Below, piece by piece: positions 1-11,710 of a stretch of 64,000 bases of DNA (the first letter of the stretch is position 1; every line of letters starts with the position of its first letter). The stretch is from Glaucostegus cemiculus (taxonomy: Eukaryota): assembly GCA_976551045.1 (NCBI GenBank), contig CDPCPM010000239.1:3844001-3908000 (forward strand), read 5' to 3'. A model generated the notes under the pieces. That model was not told where the DNA came from. It saw only the letters and a list, made by a program, of their open reading frames with translations, and did no database searches. Position numbers and translations under genes: made by a program.

Positions 1-255
1 CTTCTTCTCACAGAAAGTGATGAAGCTCTGGAATTCTCTACCCTGGAAGGTTGTGGAGGCTAGGTCATTGGAGGTATTTAAAATAGAGGTAGATAAATGT
101 TTTGAAAGATTGGGTAATTGATGTCAGTAGGGAATTGTCACAAAACAGGTGTTGAGGCCTGGGGTAAATCAGCATGTTCATACTGAATGCTGGACCAGGT
201 TTGGGGGGTGTGGTGGCCTACTCATGCTCCTATTTCCTTGTGTTCTTCTGTTCCA
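1..255 (+). mobile_element. CR1 LINE 3' end fragment
   Basis: ttctcacagaaagtgatgaagctctggaattctctaccc...ggcctactcatgctcctatttc, typical of the CR1 ORF2 end and 3' UTR. Confidence 0.75.
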
Positions 256-291
256 TGTCATGAATGGACTGAGAACTACCTCCACAGGGCT

Positions 292-462
292 AGAGAAACA
301 AAGGACTGCAGTTGCTGGAATCTAGATGAAAAACACCATGATGCTGGAGGAACTCAGCAGTCCTGAAGAAGGGTCCTGACCCGAAACGTTGACCACCTGC
401 TTCTCTCCACGGATGCTGCCTGGCCTGCTGAGCTTCTCCAGCATCATAGTGTTTTTCATCTA
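292..462. mobile_element. Penelope-derived non-autonomous hairpin element with hammerhead core
   Basis: 38-bp inverted arms 323-360 and 425-462 (3 mismatches) around CTGAAGA-A-GGGT-cctg-ACCC-GAAACGTT. Confidence 0.65.
360..393 (+). ncRNA. Minimal type I hammerhead ribozyme motif
   Basis: Stem I GTC(360-362)/GAC(391-393); CUGAAGA 363-369; stem II GGGT/ACCC; GAAA 383-386; palindromic ACGT helix III; UH at 389-390. Confidence 0.55.
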
Positions 463-588
463 CATCCACAGGTCTACTATGAATGATTAGAATCTTCACC
501 AAAAGAATTCCTATTTGTATAATAATAATGCAGGCTAGTAACATTCAGATGAATGTAAGTAGTTGAATTTCCTTTCTGTTTTCCCAAG

Positions 589-880
589 GTTCCCAACAAT
601 TCCTGTTCTAGCTTCGCATCAACAGTATTTGGTTCAGTCTCCAAGCACACGACTCATTCAGCAAATGGAGCACATTTATAAAGATACACCACGTCTGGTT
701 CACACACACCCCGACTCCCGCCTGGTGTTGCCTTCCATTAATCCCATTGCAGAGAGTGACTCTGAACTGGACACTGGACCAAACAAGAAAATACCACCAT
801 CAATGATACGCTGTAACTCAGATGGCTACTTGGCACAAATGGAGAAGGTTAATAAGCTCAAGGGAAAAAAGCACTTCAAG
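589..880 (+). CDS. JHY: JHY internal coding exon
   Basis: Acceptor ctttctgttttcccaag|G at 588/589, donor AAG|gtaaaa at 880/881; lies within ORF 563..967; motif IRCNSDGYLAQMEK. Confidence 0.88.
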
Positions 881-3800
881 GTAAAAATAGAAATGACCAA
901 ATTTTCATATATTTTAAGTAATAATTATGAGACCTTCATGACTTTTTTCATACATGGAAGAGTTTAATTATTATTGAAATTATCAACATCTTCCAATAAA
1001 TCCAGCAGAATGTGCATACCCCAGACCTCAGCTTGCTTCATTCAGTTGTCCATGAGGAAATATAATGTAAGTGTTTGCTTTAAAAGAACAAGGCAGTACA
1101 GTTGTGAATTGTAGACTGACTGAAATCACTTATAGGCTCTTCTGGATCCAGAAAGGACAGTATTGATTTTTGCCTGGAAGCAACGGTGCCATGACCATGG
1201 ATTGAATATGTTGAGGCTGGAAGTGAGGGCTCTGTGGAGTTCCTTATGTACTGTTCCTCAGAGAAATCTAGCTATGTTATCCTGAGTCTATAAACTCTAT
1301 TGGGAGGATAAGGATTCCCGTGAGATTACTTCTTTCTAGCTGATTTTGCTCCCACGTGTGCTCCAGATATTCTATAACCTATCCCTATTAGCTCCCTCCT
1401 TTAGCTAGATTAGAAATATTAGAAGTTTGCCATTTTGAGAAGACTGCTCTATTTAAGATCTCCTGGGCTCCCCTTAAGAGTTCAGAAAGTCATTCAGGTA
1501 CTGTAAATGCTTTAACATCAAGAAATACACCTAATAGCACAATGAACTATCAGTAATTTAAACCTACTCGGTATTTCAAATAAGAACTGATGGAAATCCA
1601 GTTAAGTAAAGGTAACATTGGACACTTAGCACTTGTATGACTGAACACTATACCAATAGATTATCACTTCCTGAACTGCAGTGCTTATGCAAAAAAATCA
1701 TTTGTATTGACTGGCGTGGAATTTGTGTAAAAAGACTTTATCTGCATCGGCATTTTATTAGCACAATGTTAACTTGAAATATTGGTCGAATGATTATTTT
1801 TTTAGAAAATCATAGACCAAATCAAATCCACTAGGCTTTGTGTTTGTTTCTCAAAATTCCCACTCTAGCTTTTCATTCAAAACACTGAAATTTTAAACTT
1901 GTGTTTTCACAATATAAAAAGATGATTAATGAGGTTTACTGTAACAGTGTAGAATTTCTGTAGGTGAGAACTTTTCAAGTTTTTTTAAGGAATTAGTATA
2001 GTGATTTTATTATATCACTTGAAATTGTAAATTCATTTTTAGCAGCACAGGTATCAACGTTTACATTTTTATACTGACTCCAAATCTTGAAAAGTCATTG
2101 CATGTAGTTTTGGAGATTACGGATGTGGGCAGGTAGGTATATGATTTTCAGATTCAGATTAGTTTATTGTCATATATGTACACCAGGGTGCAATAAAATT
2201 CCTTATTTATGTGAAGCTCACAGAGTAAACAGTATACATGGTAATAATAAATAGAACAGTCAATATAGTGACAAGTGCAAAACAACAGAATGGTGCAAAG
2301 ATACTAGTACAATCTGAAGTCGTGCAAAAGAATTGGTAAAATGGCAATAACAGAATAACCAAGAGAAGTAGAGCTAAGAGTCCAAGAACGTGGCAGCACC
2401 ACCGAGAAGGGGATATGACAGAGATGATTGGTTCAGAAGTCTGATAGCAGTGGGGAAGAAACTGTTCTTGAGTCTGGTTGTCTGTGATATCAAACTCTTG
2501 TGTCTTGACGCAGAAGGTAGAAGAGAGAAAAGGGAATGGCCAGGGTGGCAGGCATCCTCGAGTTCAGTTGAAGTAAAAACATCTGCTTTTGCTTTTGCAT
2601 TGTCATATTCTCTAACTATGAGATTATTGTTGTGTAATTGTTATTTTGCAATGATTTGTGTGCAGTTGCCAACTTGTGTAAATGGTTGGGAATTTAATCA
2701 GCAACAGTAGAATATTAGTTTGGAGATTCAACAAGAGGCTTGAAACTGGTTCACTGTGGCAAATAAGTTCATTTGGTGTATTATTTTATCTTTTACTTAA
2801 TCACATATGTAGGGAGCACTTACATCTTATCATTTTATTGATTATGATAAAGTAAACTAAAAGAATTGTTTCGTAGTTGAAGTGACATGTGAATATTACA
2901 GCTCACTGAACTAATCAACTGATGCTATCTGTGACTTATGTAGGTCTATACCTTTTTGATCTTGGATTCTAATTAAATGTTCAATGTTACCTCTTCACTT
3001 TCTTACTGGAGAGAACATTCATAATGTTGATGGAGGATTGAAATGTACCAGTCAAGCAGCCAAAGCAACAAACAGTTAAAGTGATTGTCAGAACCATGAC
3101 CAAACAGACAGTTAGCATAAAGCCCAGAAACAGACTTGGTAAACTGGAGTAACGTGGCTTTCATTTCTGATCTGGTTATTGTCAGCTACTTACCCTGTGG
3201 ACTGGCTTTGGGGATTAAGCATTGACCAAAGCACAGATCTGTCTGATTCATTTATTCCTCCTGTGCTGTAATAATTGTTTCTCTTTGTGTTTACTAATTC
3301 TGCCAGTCCTATGCCCCTTAGGTATTTCTTTACTCTATAAAATGTTGTAATCTTGTTATCAAATGGTGCAATGCAAGTATGGGTAGAAGTTTCATAGAAC
3401 TGACCTTTGTTCTGATGTCTGTTGTATCAGAAGCTGAAGTTTGTACAGGATTCTCCTCTGCTGGCTCAGTATGTATTACCAGAAACAAATATGGCATCAC
3501 GTTTCCATCAAGCTGACATTTAAAATGTCCTTGTTTGACACAGCCAAAAACCCAGCTTTTTTTTGGCTATGACCTTCGGCTATGACCTTCAGTGTTATCA
3601 CTCTTCAGATGTACATTTATTCACGTCTTTACCCATTTACATTGCCTTTTTCAACTGGCTTCTTTGGCAAATTATTCCTCTTGTGCTCTTCATAAACCAA
3701 AAAAAGATCATCATGATTTCTCTTGATTTTTAACTTCTACATTTGAAATGTTCACATTCTAGCTCGGTGAACTTTCTCAAATTTCTTCGTTATCTTGAAG

Positions 3801-6800
3801 CTTTATATTAAAAAAACATTTCCAATGAAAACTAAACATTGCCTCTCTCGAATTTAATTTTGAACATGATTAGTTGATATAATCAAATCCCAAACTGCAA
3901 GAATTTAAAAGAAGAAACTGTGATATCTCGCTGGCAAAGAGCTTGACTCTAGTGCTTTTTCCCTTGAAGGTACAATTAGTAATTCCTTTATCATGAATTG
4001 TTATTTAATCATCTAAGTAATTATATAAGTGAATGATTGCTGAAACCACCACTTTTCTGAGTAAATTTATAGATTGGTTCTAAACTTTTGTTTAAACCCT
4101 TTTTCAATTTCTTGTAGTTTTCCTAATGCTTTATGAGACCATCAGTACAATTTTCAACTATTTCTAGACATAGATTGTGTATGAGTCTTGCAAAATGACG
4201 AATTCTTTCCCTGATTCTAGTGCAACTGAATCATTTTTTAAAGTTACATGTTGTGCCTCAGAGCAACTTGTAAAATGAAGGATTTATTTTAATAACATTT
4301 ATGTTGTTAGCAGATCTTGATTTTTAAATTAAAGGTTTACCTAAAGTTTTATTTGTAAATAGAGAAAAAGTTATCTAGATTTGTGAACAGTTTGTGTTGT
4401 TAGCAGATCTTTGTCTTTATAATTTTAAACAAACTGTTCACAGATCTAGATAACTTTTTCTCTATTTACAAATAAAACTTTAGGTAAACCTTTAATTTAA
4501 AATCCATGCCTTTGTCTTCAGCTCCTTCCACAGCTTTATCCCACACCAGAATTCTTTCTGACTTCCTCCAGCTTTGCATCCTTCCCATGTTCTTGATATC
4601 TAAATGTAAAGTAAAACAACTACAGATATTAGAAATCTGAAAGCCAGAAGTACTAAGCAAGTCTGGCACCATCTCCAGAGAGAGAAATGACTCTGATTCT
4701 TTCCCTAACCTAATTTTTTTTTCACTCGATGGATTAGGATGTTTTCTACAGTACAGGTACTGTATGAATGAAATGTATGCTTGTCGTAAACTGATCAATT
4801 AACAAAAATGAATCATCAAAGTATCGATGCTATCACATACTTTGCTAGTCAAGAACCACAGATGGGTTAAGCTAATTCTTTCATGCTGTGTCCAGCTTAA
4901 TTAGTAAGCAGTTTGAGATAGCTATGCCCCAGCTGGCAGTAAATTTGGAGGCAAGATTTCTCCCTCTAGCTACTTGCATTAAAATGCCATATTTCACATT
5001 AGAATTGAGAAGTAACAGAGGTTTGTAATATCAACAAACTTCAAGAGTAGAAGTTTATCATTAATTTTTATTTCCAATTCCAAATGAATGTTTCCAGCAC
5101 TTTCTCTTTTCATTCATTGATTACTAAACCTGGTTCTTAAGCAATACACCTTCCTATCACTCTACCCTATTCACTCCCAAAATACCCAGTTCCCAATTAA
5201 AGTCTTCACATACCCTTTGATGAAGTTCCTGACTATACCTAGCCTACGGTTTTCTTTAATCTTTGGATTGGGCGTCTTCAACACTATAGGTTGAAAAATG
5301 TTGATTTTTATCCCATTTGTTTCTTCTGCAGCCTTATACAATGAGAGACCACAAGGACCTAAAACTAGATGTGGAACTTGGAGGTTTGGGACCTGACTAT
5401 AAATCTGTTCAGGAGAAGGCAAGTATTTTCAGATCTCCTATATCTCATAATGGGAGGAGGGTTGTTAAAGTGGGGCCAGGAGTTAAACCACTTGTATCCT
5501 ACCTCAATCTGGAAAACTCCAGAATATCCCACATTGATGGGGTACTCATTATATTTGGAGGTCAGTGGATTTGATTGGTCTCCAACTACCATTATAACTT
5601 TGTGTTGAGCAGGAAAGCAGTGATGGTTGTCCTACCAGTTCAGACCAACTAGAAACAGCAGCTAGACCCCAGCATATTTTTAAATTTAATTTTGATCTCT
5701 GAGTATTCCTCTTGGTCCCACAGGACAATCTTTGCCCACTTCCATCAACGTCCATCAACTTCCATCGACTTCCATCAGCATCCCTTCCCATCCTGAATTC
5801 CCCCTTCATTCCACCTGATGGTATTACTCTCAACAAGCATCCCCCCCACTGTGCTGGCAACCATCCCTACAACCAAATTAGCGTGCAAATTTCTGCCCTC
5901 ACTCAGTGGCCAATTGTCAATTCCTGCAACTTCTGACCAGAATCTGATCTTGCATACTGTGATTACAGACCAAATTTACTGCATAGTGTTTTATAACTGA
6001 TAGCCCTTAAAACTTGGCACAAAGGATCCAACATCATGGGACTGCCTGTGGCTGAAAATGGAAATGTCAAACCCATCCCTTGTATTTTTCTTTCTTTACT
6101 TCAAATGAAGGCAATGTTTGTTTTCCTTTCCAATGTTTATTTGTGCATTTATCTGTTAAGGCAGGGAAAATGAAACGACAAAAAGAATATGCAAAGCAAA
6201 TTAAAGAACAGAATCTGAAAGACGGATGCAAATCATCACCCTCCCCACAGAAACAGTCAGCAAGCACTGAAAACAAAAATGTTACTTCAAGCCGGAAACT
6301 GGTGTGTTTAAAATTAAATTTAATTCATGTTGTATTTCTATCATGAGCAAGTTTAGGTAATGATGAGAAATTAAAGGAATATTTTACAATGAACCAGCAG
6401 GAAGAAGGAATTCAGATAAACATTTGAAACATTATTGGATATATATTCAGGTGAATGTAAAATACTGTCATACTGGGCTGTTGAACCAAATGCATTTTCT
6501 TACTTTGAAAAGCCTAGCAATTTTAATGTGTGGAATAGCACTGATCAATTTTATCAGAAAACCAAACACTGGAGATGGTGGCTATTTACAGCACCTGTTC
6601 TGAAGTTTGCCATGTCTCCTCCAAGTTCTCCATGCATACAATGAGTGGGACCTACTTTCACAACATTTACTTATACATTAATTTTGTGGGCCACTCGGAC
6701 AGAAACAGCCATTCATTCCAAGTAAGCCTTCCCTGCAATTGTGAGTCCTTCATTGTACATGTACAGGGAAAATTTCTAAACTGGTCTCAGTCCATGCAGT

Positions 6801-9143
6801 CCAATACTGGGAACCAACTGCAGCTAGATGCCCTTCAAGTTAAAAACTCATCTCACATTGTGAGTCTTTTTTGGTCCCCCTACTCCTCCTGCCCCATTCC
6901 CCCCCCCCCAGTGTGATCATAACCCCAATCCCAATTCCACTCTCAAACACTCTACTCATATCCCCAAATAAAATCCTCACTCACCCCCCAGCAGTCAATC
7001 GTGATCCCTGCCTTGATATTCCACTCCAAGCCTCAAGCTTCCTATCCACTCCATCTGATGCCTAAACCCATGTCCAGGTCTTTTTCCACCACAGTAACCT
7101 TCACCTTCTTCAACCAATATATATTAAGTTACATTATATTATATATTATAAGTGATACCTTACTTGACTCCTTGGGCATTGCATGAAGTAGAACCACAGC
7201 AGTGGACCCTCACAAAAAACATATATCAGACGACTGCATACCACACAAAACAATTAAAGGCCATAGTATTTACAAAATTTTATAAACGTCTGGATTTGCA
7301 GCCTATTAAATATGGAAAGGGATATATCTAACCTGAAATTATAGAAGTGTTATCTTGATTTTGATAGCTCTATGTCCACTTGTTAAATTATTGATTAGGT
7401 CAGTTACTTTGGCACATCATGCCTTGTGTATTTCTTATACTTTTCTAAAGCCAACACGTAGATATGTGCAATTTTCTTTTCTAGTATTTATCCAATTCCT
7501 ATTTGAAAGTTACTATTGAATTTGCTTCCCCTTCCACACACTCATGTATTTTTCTAGCATCTAAGAGGTATCGTGATTCCAATGGCTCTGCAATATTTCA
7601 GCTTTTTGCTGTAAACTTATATTGCACTTCAATCTGCATAATGAAATACTCTTGTGGAGTAAGTCCAGTACAATGTTAATTTACACTCCAAACAAAGATA
7701 GCTTCTTATAAAAAATAGGAAAATACATTTCCAAATGAATCATTTTCTGCAGCTGCTGTGGCTGGAGAGTATACTACAAGCACTTTGATACAGATATCAT
7801 GAGTGCAATATTACTAAGCTACTTACCTACACACTTTACGAGGAGACTTCTTCATGGTTTCTGTCGTCAGTGTTTGTTGATGTCTTTGTGAACCTGAGGG
7901 ATGTTTCCATGGATCTAACAACATATTTCTTCCATTACCCTCGCTGGGCCTCAGAAATCAATTCTTACACAAAAGAATCACCTTTGAGATTTGATTATAA
8001 CTTCATATGATACCTTACTTTAGCCCAGTTTCATGATCAATGACCTAGAAATTGGAACACCAGCCATTGAGTGTTCTAAGAATGGAAGATTGGATAATAT
8101 TTCAGCTGTGGCTAAGGTGTGCCTCTCAATCTTTCTATCCCAAGGCTCAGATTGGCAGGTCAGCCCGCAAACTCAATTGCTTCTCTAAAAGGGGAGCATC
8201 AGAGCTCAGCAACTGGGAGTGGGAGATTGAGGAAAGGAAATTATAAGTTGAGTGACTGTTATAATGGGAGGAAATCAGAGGCCAGCAGACAGCTGGTGGA
8301 ATGGGGAGAGGAGGTGGGATGCAGAGTGGGACAGAAGCCATCAGATTGTTTGGAAGGCCGTTGTTGGGACCAGCAGCAAAGGTGAGGAGAGTGATGTTCC
8401 CAGGACCTGGGGATATTAAAGGATTGGGAGCAGGAATTCCAAGGTCAATGTTCCAAGGAGCTGCCCAGAAACCAGGAGTGTTGGGGGAGTTATAGTCTCA
8501 GTAGGATGGGAGTAGGGGCATTATGGGGATAGTGTGGAGGATGCTTCTAGTTCAGTGTTGCAGTTTTAAGAACACTTTGTTTCAGGAGTGTCCAGTGATG
8601 GGTGTCCAAGAGGGTAAATTGGCCAAACTTCCATGTGTTGTTCCAAAAGGAGTGTTGCACAGTCAATGACATCATCATATGCTGATATGGAAATCTCACT
8701 GAGGGTGCAAGAGTGACCAATGATGAAGAACTCAGCTATACTTTCTGAATGATGCAAGATAACCTTAAGATGGTCATTATTGTGTTTCATTCCAGAAAAG
8801 TCTATTTTCAGTTTCACAATGCTGATAAAAATATTGTGTGATTGACTTTACAGACCGCGTTAGCAGAATACAATGAGTCATACTGTACATTAAAGTGAAC
8901 TATTTCCTGTTTTTCTTTACAAAACCCTAGGCGATAGAATATGCTAAAAGCATTCATAAACCAAAACCACTTCCAGCTAATTCCAAGGTGGCCAATGAGA
9001 CGCTGGGTCAGGACAAGTTAACAAAACTTGGTCAATGTGTAGAACTGGACCCATCTGAAAATACAATGCTTGAGATGATGCAGGATCGACACGAAAAGGA
9101 GAAGCAAATTGTGGCAGCCTTTAAGGCAATGCATGTGACCTGA
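589..9143 (+). CDS. JHY: JHY (junctional cadherin complex regulator / C11orf63), 3' part: join(589..880,5332..5418,6161..6301,8931..9143); upstream exons lie outside the window
   Basis: Spliced translation gives ...LPSINPIAESDSEL...RCNSDGYLAQMEK...DVELGGLGPDYKSVQEK|AGKMKRQKEYAKQIKEQN...|AIEYAKSIHKPKP...MLEMMQDRHEKEKQIVAAFKAMHVT*. This matches the remembered human JHY C-terminus (SRSNSEGYL, LGGLGPDF, QQKEYAKQVKE, ALEYAKTIPKPKP, RHEREKQAVAAFK). Phases are consistent and the position next to BSX is as in human. Confidence 0.93.
2148..2560 (-). mobile_element. Rex1/Babar-like LINE 3' fragment
   Basis: cagattcagattagtttattgtcat tail and ttcagaagtctgatagcagtggggaagaaactgttcttgagtctggt, the reverse of the ORF2 C-terminal SFFPTAIRLLN segment. 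Confidence 0.65.
4322..4502. repeat. 74-bp near-perfect inverted repeat with 33-nt spacer
   Basis: Arms 4322-4395 and 4429-4502 are complementary except T4381/G4443. Confidence 0.95.
5332..5418 (+). CDS. JHY: JHY coding exon (87 bp, GC donor)
   Basis: Acceptor ttcttctgcag|CCT; encodes PYTMRDHKDLKLDVELGGLGPDYKSVQEK; ends AAG|gcaagt. Confidence 0.88.
5741..5780 (+). repeat. 10-bp tandem repeat x4
   Basis: tccatcaacg tccatcaact tccatcgact tccatcagca. Confidence 0.8.
6161..6301 (+). CDS. JHY: JHY penultimate coding exon (141 bp)
   Basis: atctgttaag|GCA GGG AAA ATG AAA CGA CAA AAA GAA TAT GCA (AGKMKRQKEYAKQIKEQNLK...SSRKL); donor CTG|gtgtgt. Confidence 0.87.
8931..9143 (+). CDS. JHY: JHY terminal coding exon
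   Basis: Acceptor ttttctttacaaaaccctag|GCG ATA GAA TAT GCT; 70 codons to TGA at 9141-9143; absent from the ORF track. Confidence 0.9.
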   Translation, partial: AIEYAKSIHKPKPLPANSKVANETLGQDKLTKLGQCVELDPSENTMLEMMQDRHEKEKQIVAAFKAMHVT

Positions 9144-11321
9144 AGACAAGAAATATTTGAACATTATACATATTGTATGGATCATACCGAAAGGTCTTAT
9201 TATGTCACATTAATAGCACTCTATATTGGTTTTCTTTAAAATCACAATTGCATTAGTTATGTCACACAGCAATCATTCCATTGTTGAGAAACAAATGATG
9301 GAGTCTCTATGCAGTCTGCACAAAGGTGGTGAAGGAGAAACTATGTTTAAATTATTTCTAAAAATATTTTCCAGTGCACTTCTTTGAAATTTCAAACATA
9401 TTTGAAACATCTGAATATCTGAACACTTAGTTGAACCAGATTAAAGGCCATTCAAATTTATCAAACACTAAATTTGGGGGGAGTTAACAGTTTAGTCATT
9501 CTTCTTCATTTCGTTCTCACCAGAATGAAACTGATGTTTGCAACCTTTGAACTGGTAGCTCCTTGTGAGTAAAAAATTAGTTTGGGAACTAACATTTACT
9601 GTTGTTTTCAACCCTGCCACTCTCTCAGACACCACTCCGCAGCACTAGCTCAGATATTATCTCAGTGCAAAGTTCTAAGAGTTGATAGTTTCACCAGGTG
9701 GCATTGCAAACGGCCAGGAGTGAAGAAATATGATTAGATCTAATATCGTCACAAAGAGAGTGCAGCTTACAGGTATGATCTCAGTGGAGAATCTGCAGCC
9801 ATTCAAACAATTCAGAAATATTTGGTAATTCTGAATAAGGAGAATTGGTCCAACCATTTATGAATGAAAATTATGTATTCTGAAATTCATCTATCTTCTA
9901 AGGTGCTTATAGTTATGGTGTAACATTTATTTTGATTACCATGCTCATTTTAATCTACTAACAAGAAAATTTGAAGTGTGCCATCTACAACCCAAAGCCA
10001 TAGAATACTATGGCCAAATATTATCTCCTGTCTCAAAGCAAATTTTCACTGACTCCTGCAGAAGAACTATCAAGGACATTGCACATTTCTTCTGATGCCC
10101 TTTGTAATCAGTAGTCCATAAAATAGGCCTATCACATTTTTGTGTCACCTTCTCATACAGTATGTATAAGCAATGACTAATTAATATTTGAAAATTATTA
10201 TTTAAAATGAATAATTACTCGGCAATGGGCAAAGAGCAGGGAAGAGGATCCGATTAATTCACTCATTTTAAGAATATGACCAGGCCCAAAGGGCTGAATA
10301 GCTTCCTTCTATTCCTTATAATCCTACGATTCTATAATATGCAACAAAACCAAAAACCTTTATTGAGTAAATTACCTTTGATAATGATTTTTAAAAATTA
10401 ATTGTCAAACCAAATTTGGCAAATGGTCTGAAAATTTCTCTCACTGTTAGTAGAGCTAAGGTACGCAGAAATAATGATGGAGGCACAGGATTACACTGAA
10501 TTTGTAACTGAGCTCATCAACATTAAATGGAATATTAGACTGATGATAGAACCTACTATACAGCAAACTTCATTGATACAATCTAATTACATTTTAAAGG
10601 AAAATAAGTAGTTTTAAACTCGCTCCAAGCCCGTGTGGATGTATGTTAACCTCTGTGAATTTAATGAAAATATAGGTTAGAAAGCATAACATGTTTCGTA
10701 ACAGTGTTCCTTCTCTATGATTATTTTATTGTAATTATTTTTAAAATGTTATTTGTTATTAATGAAAATACCTAAGCTACATGACCAGATTAAATCTATT
10801 TTACATTTAACATTGTTGCTTTCAATCCTGCCAATCCTTAAGACAGCACTTCCCAGTGAATAACCCAAATATCAAAAGTACACAGGTCTTAGATCTGATA
10901 CTTACACCTGGTGGCCTCACAACCACCCAGCAGTGAAGAAACATGGTTAGATTTAATATAATCACAAAATGAGTGCAATACATGTGACATCAAATTATAA
11001 ATGAAAACTAGTTGTCATCTGCTGACCAAATAATATGAAACCGCACTAGAAATATCACTGCCCCATTATTTATTGATTTGAAGCATCAGCACTTTTATAC
11101 ACAGTTTGTTCTACTTACATAGGTACTAAATGTAATTTTGATTCATAGTTTTACATTTCTTTTTATATCCCAACTAACTTCATAATGTTCAACTGCAAAG
11201 GATATATATATATATATTTATCAATTAACTAGGACCTGTTTTTATCTTTATAAGCATCAATAATTATTATCAATGGGCATTCTGACGATCCTTGTTTGGA
11301 TTTGGTAGCCTCTGAATCACA

Positions 11322-11710
11322 AGGTTTTGGGCCAGGTCCCATTCTAGAGACTTAGCATGAAAATATAGACTAACACTTCAGTGTAATGCTGAGATAGTGC
11401 ACTGCTGTACTTCGGTTGAGACATTAAGGCAAAGCCGCATCTGCACTTTCATTTAGGCATAAAAGATCAATGGCACTAATTTGAAGATGAGCAGGAAAAG
11501 TGCACCCAGTCTACTGACTAATACTTACCTCTCTATCAACATTACTAAAGCATTTCATCTGGTTATTATCACATTGCTCTTTTGGGGGCTTTTTGTGTGA
11601 AGATTTGTTGTCCCATTTCTGTGTTATAATGGTGACTAAACTTCAAAAAATACATCATTAGTTCTAAGTTGTTCTGGGTTTGAAAGACGCTATATGAATG
11701 CATTCTTTTC
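11322..11710 (+). mobile_element. DeuSINE (SacSINE1/AmnSINE-like) copy
   Basis: cttcggttgagacatt...taaaagatcaatggcactaatttgaagatgagcagg...ggttattatcacattgct...gtgactaaacttcaaaa...gaaagacgctatatgaatgca; similar to 45560-45960 and 60545-60905. Confidence 0.65.

Noticed and set aside
290-544. 84-aa minus ORF
   Set aside because: Runs through the hairpin repeat element and is antisense to a JHY intron.
3565-3590. 13-bp perfect tandem duplication ggctatgaccttc
   Set aside because: Ordinary slippage duplication in an intron; no further support for function.
5741-5780. Short repeats that might suggest a CRISPR-like array
   Set aside because: Contiguous 10-bp minisatellite with no spacers, in a vertebrate context.
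8566-8817. 83-aa minus ORF with a DDVIDC motif, faintly transposase-like
   Set aside because: Too little similarity to call by eye.
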